From IMG/VR virus record IMGVR_UViG_3300010149_000008: DNA of 64,000 nucleotides; one strand, given 5' to 3'. This document shows, piece by piece, positions 9,601-20,400 of the stretch. The notes beneath the pieces are model-generated. The model was given only the letters and a program-made list of their open reading frames with translations. It did not search any database and had not been told where the DNA came from. Both the position numbers and the translations under genes were made by a program. Numbering within the stretch: the stretch's first letter is position 1; each line of letters begins with the position of its first letter. The DNA comes from a virus (taxonomy: Duplodnaviria; Caudoviricetes).

Positions 9601-10184
9601 TGGAAGCATTTAAGTCTCTTGATGAGTTTAAAGATAATACACTTGATAATCATAAACAACTCCATGATTTGATCCTCGATAATTATGCTATTTTAAAGAA
9701 AGGTTATTGGGGAATGACAAAAACTGCAGTAAAAAGAGCAAAAAAGAACGAAGAAACAATTGTCCCTATTGTAGATCATTTAATTACTAGATATAAAGTT
9801 ATTAGTGACTGGTGCAGATCAGAAAAAATAAAGAATTATTTCAATCTCAGCAATGATGCAAGTGATGACCTCCTATTTCCACCTAAATTAATAAATCGAT
9901 TAAAACAGAAACAAATTAACAGCGTATTTGATATACCACAAGGTGAAAGAGGAATTGGCTGGTTTACAGTTACTGAGGTAATACATAAGACAACAAAGAA
10001 TGGTAAGGCTTTTATGCGCTGGAAGTGCGTTGACTCAGATAATCGTAGTGGCTGGCTACGTGTGTGGGGAAGCATTGAAGAAGGAGTTGAATTTAGTACA
10101 TGGCTTGTAGACGTAAAGAATGATGCTGGTTGGGGTATGTCTACTAATTTAGGCAAGCTTAAAAAGATTAATGCTTTTGATTAA
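6609..10184 (+). CDS. dnaE: DNA polymerase III alpha subunit (family C, DnaE type)
   Basis: PHP domain (HSHSTFS..DG, TDHGN, YGVEFY, TADSHY), GPARGSGGGSL, catalytic PDIDTD, GRHAGG, KFDFLGL, YGFNKSHA, C-terminal OB-like region. TTG start with GAAAGG RBS. Confidence 0.97.
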   Translation: MSIDLITPPNRFVSLHSHSTFSTFDGLGYPADHIDFVLSESQGMDAWALTDHGNGNGLAHAHSHAVKMQKAGRKFRQIYGVEFYFVPSLDQWTSDYADHKQSIKDAKTAAAAEKKSKEKIIIDADDESGGLVIEDEDESKKIDILKDEWKRRYHLVVTARNRKGLNNLFTLVKKSYKDGFYRYPRIDFKMLKEHGEGLHVNTACLGGIYSNRILRGVAHDKSRDEIQKDLQNLSDRFTDAVGIENFKLELQFNKLNKQHVVNDYLIEHHKLTGIPLISTADSHYPSNDKWQARELYKKLGWLGKKDGLTLPAFEDLKCELYPKNAQQMWDEFLEGYKEHDFYKGNEQLVKESIERTHDIVWNDFEDTWIDVSAKLPTISIPNKTPFKHLSDLVKNALISEGLHTNKEYVDRAKYELSDIKYLGHEAYFITMYEIFKKAETKTLFGPARGSGGGSLVNYLLGITQLDPIPYNLLWSRFLGRHRVSWPDIDTDAGDRDELINAAKELYGDDAVIPVSNFNTLKLKSLVKDIAKFYDIPFDEVNKVTGPLQDQVMQKAMDKNQEKSVFVLKHEDCMKHSPEYNSFMTEYPEVAEHVETLFMQNRAIGRHAGGVIIADADSLAESMPIVGVRGELQTPWTEGMNFRNLEDNGFLKFDFLGLTLLKDVENCIYRILKKQGNPNPTFSDARAFFDKYLNCRFVKQDDKKVWEHVYKDGHFCGVFQFTAVGARNFAKEAEPDSIEELAALTAIYRPGPLKANVHKKYVKAKRNVGDIKYEHPIIEKILGPTFNYVVFQEQFMLLAQELSGFDPGEADKLRKTLVKKSLDTLHSKGSEKAIARDKFIKGAKELNDVPESVSSKLWADIENFAVYGFNKSHAIAYAIGSYYAAWLHTHYETEWLAAILQSENGNPKGMSKAISEIKSFGYEIAAIDINHSGLEWEYSDVLKAFVPPLTSLKGVGDKAVEEVFANRPYKNLNNLFYDTEGAWKHSKLNKTAFSSLAKMEAFKSLDEFKDNTLDNHKQLHDLILDNYAILKKGYWGMTKTAVKRAKKNEETIVPIVDHLITRYKVISDWCRSEKIKNYFNLSNDASDDLLFPPKLINRLKQKQINSVFDIPQGERGIGWFTVTEVIHKTTKNGKAFMRWKCVDSDNRSGWLRVWGSIEEGVEFSTWLVDVKNDAGWGMSTNLGKLKKINAFD

Positions 10185-10270
10185 ATAAAAGTTTATTTTA
10201 GTCTTCCAATTATTATTTTCATATATACATTCTTCTGTCTACTGTTTTAATTATATTTTAAATGCACTTT

Positions 10271-11086
10271 TTATATATCTAAAACTAATAAATGTTTTTC
10301 TTTTAGAAGTTCAATAATATTAGCGTTGTCTTTTCTATAAGTTTTGCTTAAAGGGCTTTCTGGCCACATATACCCCATATGGTCCATAGCAGAAAACTGT
10401 GAAGTATCATCAGACGTCTGTGGTGTTAAAGGCATTAGCTTTCTAACGCCTTGATCTTCCCACTGATCTGGATACTCTTTTTTGTAATAAGAAATATCAT
10501 CAGGATTAATATCTAGCTGTTTAGCAACGACATCATTTCTTTTAACGTAATTTTTCCAAACTTTAATTGCTTCGTCTGTGACTGATGCAGAGTCTGGCTT
10601 TATTCCTGCATTTAAATTGTTAGAAACAAATTCTATAACAACTTCATACAAAAGAGGACCCATTCCTTTTTTTGTGTCGTGTGTTTTTTTTATGTACCAA
10701 GTAGAGTTAACTTCATCTTTTGCTTTGCCTGGAGCTTCAACATCAGGGTTGTCATATTCTGAAGCTAGCTTTGCTTTAGATGACATTATTTCTATGCAGC
10801 CGTATAATTGCGGCGCTAATTCATGTTGTTTTTTTTCTTTGCTATTTAAATACAAATTAACATTAGAAAACATTGATTTTTCTTTGCTTACATAACCAAT
10901 ATTATATTTGTTAATGTTTTCTTTTTGAATTTTTATTTTATACTCTAAATTGCTGTTAAAATTAATTTCTTCTAGTTTATTTATTTGTTTATATATTTTT
11001 TCAATACTAACTGGTTTATCTTCTTCACTTTCATTTAAAAAGTTTTTCCACTCTTTAATTAGCATTTTAAAGTTTTTGTTATTCAT
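10271..11086 (-). CDS. GNAT-like protein with LxE leader
   Basis: N-term MLIKEWKNFLNE; KKGMGPLLYE (acetyl-CoA-binding GxG-like) ... PDSASVTDEAIKVW. Confidence 0.55.
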   Translation of the reverse strand: MNNKNFKMLIKEWKNFLNESEEDKPVSIEKIYKQINKLEEINFNSNLEYKIKIQKENINKYNIGYVSKEKSMFSNVNLYLNSKEKKQHELAPQLYGCIEIMSSKAKLASEYDNPDVEAPGKAKDEVNSTWYIKKTHDTKKGMGPLLYEVVIEFVSNNLNAGIKPDSASVTDEAIKVWKNYVKRNDVVAKQLDINPDDISYYKKEYPDQWEDQGVRKLMPLTPQTSDDTSQFSAMDHMGYMWPESPLSKTYRKDNANIIELLKEKHLLVLDI

Positions 11087-11113
11087 TATTTTCCCAACTA
11101 TTTTTTCATTGTT

Positions 11114-11142
11114 TTGTAAATTTAATTATTATATTATATAAT
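11114..11142 (+). promoter_or_regulatory. Putative sigma70-type promoter TTGTAA-N17-TATAAT
   Basis: TTGTAA 11114-11119, TATAAT 11137-11142, 19 nt before the kinase/TS gene. Confidence 0.5.
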
Positions 11143-11161
11143 AATTTTAAAAAGGATTTAA

Positions 11162-12055
11162 ATGAGATTTTTAAATATTAATATAGAAGGTCCTGATTGT
11201 AGTGGTAAGACTACACTTTTTAATAGAATTCATAAAGAAACAAGCTTTAAGTACAACATACAAGACAGAAGCTGTATGTCAATGTATGTTTATGCAAAAT
11301 TGTATGAAAGAGATAACGCTTCTTTTTGGTTTGATAAAGTTCTTGAAGACATTAAACGATTAGATACATTATATATTGTTCTTTTACCTTCAAACCATAC
11401 TGTGTTAGAAAGACTAAGAAAAAGAGGTGATGAGTTTCAAGATGAAGAAAGCATTATGGATGTCAAACGTTTATTTTACAACTTAGTTAAATGCGGATTT
11501 GGTAACTTTCCAAATGTTTTAGTGCTAGAAGACATTGAAGATTTAACGCAGAAAGTTGATATGTGTTTAAGCTTTATTGAAAGTTTAAATGAATTTCCTA
11601 GTGGCGACTTAATAAAGTCTATTGTTATTAATAGCGGCAGAAACGAATTAGTTGACGTACAATGCAAGGAAGTAGTTGACATTAGCTCTTTAGACTACAC
11701 AGCATTAAATTTTCCTGAAGAAAAATCGTATTATGAAAAAATTACTACAGATATTGAAAATAAGATCTTTAAAGAATTTGCAGGTTTAAATTCACATAAT
11801 ACACCACAAAAACATGACAGTAGAAGATTTGTTTATACTGATGCAAGTTGTATATCGCTTATTCATGCTTTGTTTCGAAAGAACAGACTAAACGTTTCAG
11901 TGACACTTAGATCTTCAAATGTAATTAAAACACTCTGGGCAGATTATGAATTTTTAAAGATAATTAGTGTAAAATTAGCAGAACTTATGCAACTTGACGA
12001 AAGCATACCAGTCGATTTGACTATTAATATAAGGTCTGCACATATTGTACCTTAA
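11162..12055 (+). CDS. dNMP (thymidylate-type) kinase fused to a minimal thymidylate-synthase-like domain
   Basis: N-term P-loop EGPDCSGKTT and DRS; C-term DSRR...SCISLIHALFR.NRL....LRSSN....WAD....SAHI matches the TS fold motifs SRR, PC, RSxD, xHxY. Confidence 0.75.
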   Translation: MRFLNINIEGPDCSGKTTLFNRIHKETSFKYNIQDRSCMSMYVYAKLYERDNASFWFDKVLEDIKRLDTLYIVLLPSNHTVLERLRKRGDEFQDEESIMDVKRLFYNLVKCGFGNFPNVLVLEDIEDLTQKVDMCLSFIESLNEFPSGDLIKSIVINSGRNELVDVQCKEVVDISSLDYTALNFPEEKSYYEKITTDIENKIFKEFAGLNSHNTPQKHDSRRFVYTDASCISLIHALFRKNRLNVSVTLRSSNVIKTLWADYEFLKIISVKLAELMQLDESIPVDLTINIRSAHIVP

Positions 12056-12064
12056 GGAAATTAA

Positions 12065-12634
12065 ATGAATCCGTTTTTTAAAATATATACGGGTCCAATG
12101 TTTGGATCAAAAACAACAAGGCTAGTAGCAGAAATCGATCGTTCTTCTTATAAAGACAGAAAAATTTTTGCTTTTAAAGCAAAGAAAGATAAAAGATACG
12201 ACGCTGAATCTATATCTACACATAGTGGTGTTACATGGCCTGCAATTTGTATCAATGATGCACTAGAAATATTTGACTATTTAAACGATGATTATAATCT
12301 TTCTAATGTGTTAATTGCTGTAGACGAAGCTTTTATGATTAAAGGAATTGATGAAGCTTTAATTTCTTTATTTTTTAAAGGCGCTAATATTGTAGTTTCT
12401 ACAATTCAATTAGATGCAAACGAAAGACCTTTTGAAAATATAAAAAACATGTTGCCTTTTGCAACGCATATTGAAATTTGTCCGGCAGTTTGTACAAAAT
12501 GCAATAACGATGCTTATTATACAGCAGCAATGTTTGACATAGATAACGCAACAGATGAAGAGCGAGTTGGTTCTAAAGACATGTATGAGCCAAGATGCTC
12601 AAAACATTACAAGGCATTTTTTAAATATGAATAG
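12065..12634 (+). CDS. tdk: Thymidine kinase (type II)
   Basis: GPMFGSKTT P-loop, VDEAF, CxxC zinc site (CTKC...A), VGS..MYEPRCSKH. Confidence 0.93.
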   Translation: MNPFFKIYTGPMFGSKTTRLVAEIDRSSYKDRKIFAFKAKKDKRYDAESISTHSGVTWPAICINDALEIFDYLNDDYNLSNVLIAVDEAFMIKGIDEALISLFFKGANIVVSTIQLDANERPFENIKNMLPFATHIEICPAVCTKCNNDAYYTAAMFDIDNATDEERVGSKDMYEPRCSKHYKAFFKYE

Positions 12635-12664
12635 AGAATATTTATTTAAAAAAGGTAGAAAAGC

Positions 12665-13561
12665 ATGTCAATAAAATTTAAATCAGCAGAAATGTACTAT
12701 GGAATACGTGTATACATTTCTGAAAATTCAGACAAAGATTTTTATTTAACAAAATCTTTGATTAACAACTTAAAAAACGTTGAAATAAAATTTAGACAAA
12801 ATAGAATAAATACACCGGTAGCAGACTTATTTAAACATCTTGTTATAATAAAAGGAAGTAAAGAAAGAAGTAGTATTGACAAGATACATAAATCTGGAGC
12901 TGCTAATTGGAGGGCTTTTTTTAATCCAGACACAGAGACTATAGCTTTTGACTTGCAACACTTTAAAAACGAAGAAGCATTAATTAATACTTTAGTTCAT
13001 GAAATAGGTCATGCAATACATGTTAAATTTGTAACGCCAGATGCTAGCAAATACATTTCAGTAGTAGGAAAACAATATGTTAATGTTATAGTTAGTCTCA
13101 AAGACCTTAAAAGTATTGTTGAACAAAACGTACATGACGACGACTTGTGCATGAGACTTATAAAAAAAGCTGAAGATGTATTTTATGATTTTGCAGATTT
13201 ACTAGATAACAGTATTAATTCTTCAGACTACGATGAAAATCATAAAACTTCAAATATTTCTTTCCAAATATGTGAAGAATATGAACTGTATCTTAAGGAA
13301 AAAGGAATTAAAACTTATGTTTCAAAAATTGAAAAAATGATTAGTGTAATAATGAAATTTATACCTTCTGAGTATGGTGCCACAGAAGAGAAAGAGTTTT
13401 TTGCTGAGTGTTTTAGGCAGTTTATTTTAAGCCCAGATGATCTTTCTTTGAACAATAGAAACATGATCATTAATGCATTAACATATTCTAGAGCACAAGG
13501 TAAAGAATTAATGCAGGCACATAAGCTTTTAAAAAACTATGTTAGATATATTATTGATTAA
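12665..13561 (+). CDS. Zincin-like metallopeptidase
   Basis: HEIGH (HExxH) and a distal SEYG....EFFAECF third-ligand motif. Confidence 0.65.
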   Translation: MSIKFKSAEMYYGIRVYISENSDKDFYLTKSLINNLKNVEIKFRQNRINTPVADLFKHLVIIKGSKERSSIDKIHKSGAANWRAFFNPDTETIAFDLQHFKNEEALINTLVHEIGHAIHVKFVTPDASKYISVVGKQYVNVIVSLKDLKSIVEQNVHDDDLCMRLIKKAEDVFYDFADLLDNSINSSDYDENHKTSNISFQICEEYELYLKEKGIKTYVSKIEKMISVIMKFIPSEYGATEEKEFFAECFRQFILSPDDLSLNNRNMIINALTYSRAQGKELMQAHKLLKNYVRYIID

Positions 13562-13909
13562 TTATTTTAAATTATTACAGCAGGCGTCGAAGTCCTTTCG
13601 AGTCAATTTATAAATCTTACACCAGTTTTTTATTCTTTTTTCTTTGCGCTCGTAGTATCTATCACCATCAATATTACAGATTTCTCTTGCGTCTTCTTCC
13701 TGCTCCTGAGTAAAGTGTCTTCCAGGAAAGTATGGATGATCAGGTGCATTTGAATAATAATCCATTTGAGAAACCTCGCCTCTTTCAAATGCACCTCGAA
13801 ATGCAGTAGGCGAGTTATAACCTGAGTGTGCAATGTATGAGTCTCTCTGATCATCTTCTAGCAACACTTTTCTTATAATTCTTCTTAAACGGCTTTCTGT
13901 AATTTTCAT
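13562..13909 (-). CDS. Hypothetical protein with LxE leader
   Basis: Likely start ATG at 13909: MKITESRLRRIIRKVLLE. Confidence 0.7.
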   Translation of the reverse strand: MKITESRLRRIIRKVLLEDDQRDSYIAHSGYNSPTAFRGAFERGEVSQMDYYSNAPDHPYFPGRHFTQEQEEDAREICNIDGDRYYERKEKRIKNWCKIYKLTRKDFDACCNNLK

Positions 13910-13985
13910 ATCTCTTACTTTCTTTGTAAATTTTAAAATAATGTACACAATTAAATATTAAGTAAATATAATAAAAAGGTAAATA

Positions 13986-14411
13986 ATGGAAAATATAGCT
14001 CGTCCCTCTTGGGACAAAATATGGATGACAATGGCAGAAACTATTGCACAAAGAAGTCATCATTCTACTTTCAAGGTAGGCGCTATTATAGTAACGTCAG
14101 ATAATACACAAGTGCTTTCTTTGGGGTATAATGGTAATGCTGCAGGATTATCAAACGTACCTCAATCTGAAGAACCTGGCTGTAGTGGTTTATTACATGC
14201 TGAAATTAATGCTTTACTTAAGCTGGATTATAATAACCCAAAAGATAAAGTTATGTATTTGACGTTAAGCCCTTGCACAAACTGCGCGATCGCTGTTATT
14301 AATAGTGGAATAAAAAAAGTAGTCTATAAAACAAAGTATAGAGACGATACAGGCATTAACATGTTAACATCTGCAGGTGTGTTAGTAGAGCAATTTAATT
14401 TAAACAAATAA
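13986..14411 (+). CDS. dCMP deaminase (cytidine/deoxycytidylate deaminase family)
   Basis: RPSWD..WM, KVGA, GYNG, HAEINA, SPCTNCA zinc ligands. Confidence 0.92.
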   Translation: MENIARPSWDKIWMTMAETIAQRSHHSTFKVGAIIVTSDNTQVLSLGYNGNAAGLSNVPQSEEPGCSGLLHAEINALLKLDYNNPKDKVMYLTLSPCTNCAIAVINSGIKKVVYKTKYRDDTGINMLTSAGVLVEQFNLNK

Positions 14412-14483
14412 AATAATTTATAATCGTCTTCATATTTATTACTATAATTAATCTGAAAATAACAGAAATAGGTAGTAACACAT

Positions 14484-17400
14484 ATGAGTCTAAAACTTAA
14501 AGACGCTTTATTTGAAACTAATGAAAAAAATCTATATAAGATTTTTGAAAAAGCAGATAAAAGAGAACTTGAAGGAAATGTTCAAGCGCTTAATAAGCAA
14601 AAACTACAAGCTGTGGTTAAAGCAATTGCAACTTCTTTAAATAACAAGTTACCGGATACGGAAACTGTAAAGCTAAAAGACGTAATGAAGTCTCCTTTAG
14701 GTGTTTTTGGTTTTAATGACATTAAAGCACTATCAAATGTTCCTATTGCACTAGGTCTAAAAATTGATCCTGTTAACATTAAAGGAGATCAATCACAAGG
14801 CATTGATCCTCTTTCTTTTAAAGCTGCAGATACTTTTGATATTATGCCAATACAGATTGTTAACAAATTTGGTGAGGCAATAGGTGGAAATGTTAAAGGC
14901 AACGAGATGATAGGAATTGCTTATTTTCCTGCAATAATGAAACCTTTAGATAATCCAGAATTTCATGTTAAAAGATTTGGATTGAAGCCTCCAGAAAAAG
15001 GTAATACTTTAATGCATATGAAGGTACCTTTAGATATTCCTGTTGAGCTGGTTACTAAAGAAGAGTTTGAAGAGATTCAAAAAGCTTTTCTTACAGGTAA
15101 AGAAGCAGTTATTAATAGAATTAGTAATTTGCAAAAGTCTAGAATAAGTGGAGGAGTTCCGGAGCAAGCAGGTCAAAGTGATGTTGCTATGTCAAAGAAT
15201 AAGAGAAAAACATCTGCAGACAATAAAGATGCGAGTAGTAACGAAGATAAAGATATAGACAACAAGACAGATTCAATAGAAAAACCAGATAAAATGCCAG
15301 AAGCATTTAACTTTTCTACAGGAAAAAAACTTCATGAACATTCTTTGTCATCATTGCTTTTAGAGAGTCAAGATGAAGATCCAGTTACAGAACCTGCAGC
15401 AAAATTGGACAAAGGTGGTGCGCAAGCGGAAATCGTTCCTCAACGAGTTGAATTTATGCTTAAAGATTTTCCTGGAGTAACTATTGAGCAAATGTTTTCT
15501 GTAGGTTCTGATATTTTTGCAGGAGATGAAAAAATAAGAAAAGCTGGTGTTGCCGGCGTTATTGACGATAATATAGAACAAAAACTAGATTCATATTTTG
15601 ATAGTATGAGTAGCTTTCAATTAGCATGTTTTTATCTGTACCTTGAAGCTATAGGTGAAATGGATGAATTTAATGCTACAGCTAATCAAACGGTATGGAA
15701 AAATTATATAAATAATAATTTTGGTGGTTCTATAGAAAATATGGTAACCGCGTTTAAAAGCAATCCTGAATCTCTTGATTTAAAACAAAATGGTATTACT
15801 AAAGATGAATTAGTAGCTTTATTTGATGATTTAAAACAACCTGAAGTTCAGGTTGCAACTCATATAGATAATTCTGTAAGTGGTGATAGTAAAGGATCGG
15901 CTACAGACCCTTTCAGTGAAGATCTTGATTCATTGTTTGACATAATAGATGTTGATGGTGTTGATGGTTGGTCGAACATGGATCCAGATGAACAAATAGA
16001 TGCAGTGAGCTCAAATCTAAGTGGCAGTCAATTACAACAAGTACTTAATACAGCTGAAGAAAACACTGGTAACGAAATGACGATACAAGCATTAACAAAT
16101 GCTGATGCACCTTTTTGCAATTTAGTTGTTGGAAATGAAAAAGAAAGTGACGAAAAATCTAGTATTCTATTTTTTCAAAGTATACAAATGTCCCCTAAAG
16201 GTAGACGTAAAAAAAATATTGTCTTTATAATCTTATTTAAAGATAATGGTGGCTACGAATTTTTAAGGAAAGATCATAAATTTGATACATACAAAGAAAT
16301 AATAGATAATCTTGCAGACTGCGCACTATATGATATTTCAAAAAACAAAGAACCCGATGTGCTTTCTATTTTATCTAGAATAAAAGAATTAGATGCCACC
16401 GAAGGCAAACAAACGATTACTAAAACGCTTCAAGATGAATTTAATATAGATATTGAACATCTTGAAAGTCAAGATGATGACAAAGGGCAAGAAAAACCAG
16501 ACGAAATTCAACAAGCTAGTTCTAAAGTTCCTAATGCGCCAAGCGAAGAAGAGCAAAAAGCTTACGAAGGATTTCAAGATATTTTTAGTGCTAATCGATA
16601 TGATAATAATTTGTCGACAGCGCAAAATAATATTTCAAAAGTACAAGACACAGAGCAAAAAATTCCAGATAAAATAAAGTCTAAAATCGATCAGATTGAC
16701 AAATTATCTGGAGTCGATCAAAATGATATTAAAAATGTAGGTGCGCTTTTAAATGCAAAGAGCGATTTATGTCGAACTATGTCAACTGTAATGGATGACG
16801 TAGAAGATTGTGCAAAAAATTTATCAAAACTTGTAAAATTTAAACCAAAAATAAGTGAAGAAGGCGAAGAACGAAAATTTGTGCCTAAGTATAGGACTAA
16901 ATCTTTTGTTGCGGGTCTTGATTATGTTAAAAAAGTTGCTAATTTAGTAGAAGAAACTTTTAATGCTATGGGAATTAGTGAATTTCTTTCTCAAGAAAGT
17001 GAATCTCAAAATACTGTTGCTATGCTTAATAACAGTGCTCGTCCAATTGTAAAAAGTATATTAGACTTTAAATATAAAGATAATAAAAGATCATATTCTC
17101 AATTTAGTCAATGGAGCAAAACTTATAAAATAAGTACTCGAGTAAATGATCAGTGGGAAAAAAAGACTGGCGATGATGTTAAAAATTCTATTCAATATTT
17201 AATTGAAGAGTTAGTAAAAGCATTTAAAAAAGGCTCAGCACAAATAGAAAAAGAGCTTAATAATGCTATTGAAGATTTTAGTAAAGAAAACGCTGAAGCT
17301 TTAAGTAAAGTTGAACAAGGTGCCTTTAATTGGCGTGAAGGTTTAAAATATGATATTGATAAAATATACAAGCCTTTTAGTAAAATAAGTGGTATTGATA

Positions 17401-20400
17401 TAACATACGAGACGTTTGAATCTTATTTCGACTCATTTGTTGAGCAGGCACAAGAAAGAGTAGAAACTTCAAAAAAAGAGTTTGACCCAAGCATTTTAGA
17501 AAAGCCTTTAGTATTAGACTTAGATGCTGTAATTGGTGAATTAGAAAAAGTTAATATTAAAGACGAATCTATTAATGACTTGGCAATTATATTGGCTAGA
17601 AACTTTATTGAGATAGATGATAAAAAACGTCAGCAATTAACTGCTGTTGAAGCACAAAGATATTTTGTAGAATCTTTTTATGAAGCATTAGATATTCAAG
17701 GAAAGAGCGGAAGATTTTTAGAAAATGCTAACAAAAAAGGTGAGCCTTTAAATGAAATTGTAGGAGTCGCAGCTGGTGCAGTAGCAAGTGCAGCTTTGTT
17801 TTGTGGCGTTACTCTAGGCACTTCTATTGTAATTATTGCTCTTGCAGGTTATGGAATAGGTCAGATTACTGGTTTTGATGACTGGATTAAACGAAAATTA
17901 TCAAAAAAAGTGCTTAAAAAGCAAGACGTTGTTGAAGCTATAATGGATAATGACGAAATGGTAGCAGCATATAAAAAGCTAATAAAAGTTAGTTTGTTAA
18001 AAGCTGCGCAAGAATACTTTATATCTCTTGAAAGTAGTTTAGAAGAAAAATTTAATATTAAGCTAAAATATAGTAATCAAAAAGAATATAGGGCAGTAAA
18101 GACTAGACAGCAAGAAGAGAAAAAGTCTGCTAAAGCTATTGAAAACATGTCTGACTTTGGTAAAGAGCTTATGACAAAAATAGAAGATGTTGGACATGAT
18201 GTTCTTCCTTCTATGCCGGGATCACAACACTTTTCTGATGTCACAGTGACACGTGTTAATAGTGCGCTTAGAGAAAGCAAGCATATTAACATGATAATTA
18301 ATCATTTAAGTGATGGCAATACTGCAGGTCAAGAAAATGCTGGGTTTGTGTATCAAAAAGGCTTGGGTCAGCTTATTCTTAAAGAATCAGAAGAAAATTC
18401 TGTGTCAAGCAAAAAAGAGCAAATAAACATTCCAGTAAATAAAATGTTTGGAGAGCTCAAGAGACTTATTGGTCAGTCTATTTCTAAAACAAATTACAAT
18501 GAAAAAATCCTCAGAGACTTAGAAAAAGACTTTATAAAGTACGGTAATGAAAATTCTTCAAAAATAAGCATAACAAAAGCAGAGAACAAAACAATCCCAG
18601 TTAGTTTTGTAGTACAAAAAATATCTGCTTACACTGGTATACCTCAAGCTAAAATTAAAAAGCAGCTTTTTGAAAGCAAAAATAGAAATTCAAACTTAAT
18701 AAATTACAATAATAAAAAGAACATTGAAAACTTAATAAACGAAAACATTCTAAGTGGTTCTCTTGCTAATCTTTTACTTGAAGAAAGTTCAGTTGTATCA
18801 CATGTAAGCTCTGCAGGTCAATATTCAAGAGATGGTCGATTCTATTTTGAGAACTTGCAAAGCAAGGGCAGCGATGGAGTGGAGAAATATGATTACTATG
18901 TTACTGACTTTGCTAAAAGTATTAAAAGGCCTACAATAAAATTTGATCTTAATGATGTTGGTATTGTACCGTCAAAGGGCAGTCAGTTTACCATTAGTTC
19001 TGAAGATGGGGCTGATCCTACACCTTTTGTTAGATTTAGTGTTGAACACAATGGTGTTAAAAAAGTTTTAAGATTTAGAGCAGATGGAATTGCTAGTGAT
19101 TTTGACAAGGATGTAAAAATATTCTTGAAATTGAAAAATATGGATGCTGCGGAAAGGATGAGATACTCTGATCAAATTAGTAAAATATCTAATCGACTTG
19201 GTAATCTAAAAGGAAAAATTGATCCTAATGGTAAGATTACAATAACATCAGACGGTGAGAATGTAGGTATAATAAAGAATGTTAAAGAATTTAAAACGCC
19301 TCCAATTAGTAGAACTAATAAATTAACTGAAGATAGATTTAATGATATGATTGAAAGTACGTCAGCTAAGGGTGAAATTTATCTATCTGCTTCAGAAAAT
19401 TTACAAGCGAAACATGATCAATTTCTACTACATAAATTAGGTGGTGAACGTAGTGATTACGTAGTAAAAAAAGGTTTAGCTATTCCTAAAGAACACATGC
19501 TAGAAGGAGAAATACAGTGGGGAGATTCAGACGTTATTGAAGGTGTAAAAGCTTTTAAAACTAATGGGGAATTTGTTGAAATAAAAATTGCTGCTGGATC
19601 AACTAGCGGTGAAATTGTTACAATTTCACCTGATGGTGTAGAGCTAGCTTCTAGATCACGAGTTATAGAGCTTAGAGACAAACTTGTCGGAAATCCAGTA
19701 AAGTTTAAAACTACAGGTGATACAATTTCAGATAATGGTTTAGTTTCTTCAAAACTAGAAATGTCTGCGAAGGCAAAGGAAACTCTAGGTAGTGCTGGTA
19801 CTGAGGTTGGTGAACAGGCTGGTGCTGAGGCTGGTGCTGAGGCTGGTGCTGAGGCTGGTGCTGAGGCTGGTTCAGAGGCTGGTTCAGAGGCTGGTTCAGA
19901 GGCTGGTTCAGAGGCTGGAGAGCAAGCAGCTGGTGAACAAGCTGGAGAGCAAGTAGATACAGAAATTAAGGACGTCAAGTCTAATGATTCTAATATAGAC
20001 ATTTTTAAAGATGATAAAGTAGATTCAATTGATCAAGATGCTTTAGATGAAATATATAAAGATCATATGAGAACAGACTCAGGCGGTAATATTAGACTAG
20101 ACGCTCAACATTTAGATGATGATTTTGAAAAGTTAGGTTATAAAGTAGATACTTCTAATAGTGTTGGTGAAATAAAACTATATAGGATTGACTCAGATGG
20201 CAATGCATCTTCGGAAGTAATAGAAACTTTTGAAAACAGTCCGGATGGTGTTAAAGATCTTTGTCAAAAAATAAACGATTTGAAAGGTCAAAGTAATATT
20301 TCTTTAGAAGTTAAAGAAATTAATATGGAAACTAAAACTTTAACAAAAATCGATCCAGAGTCTGAAGGTTTTTTTGCAGGTGCTAAGAAATTCTATAACG

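Noticed and set aside
6609-10184. Intein or intron in dnaE (or other enzymes)
   Set aside because: The length (1191 aa) and motif order are normal; no C/S...HN splice motifs or LAGLIDADG blocks were seen.
19457-20002. Antisense 181-aa SEPA/SAPA-repeat ORF and other opposite-strand ORFs (e.g. 8285, 9836, 33269, 44978, 57895)
   Set aside because: They are shadows of longer, motif-bearing genes on the other strand, lack an RBS, and have Ser/Leu/Phe-rich antisense composition.
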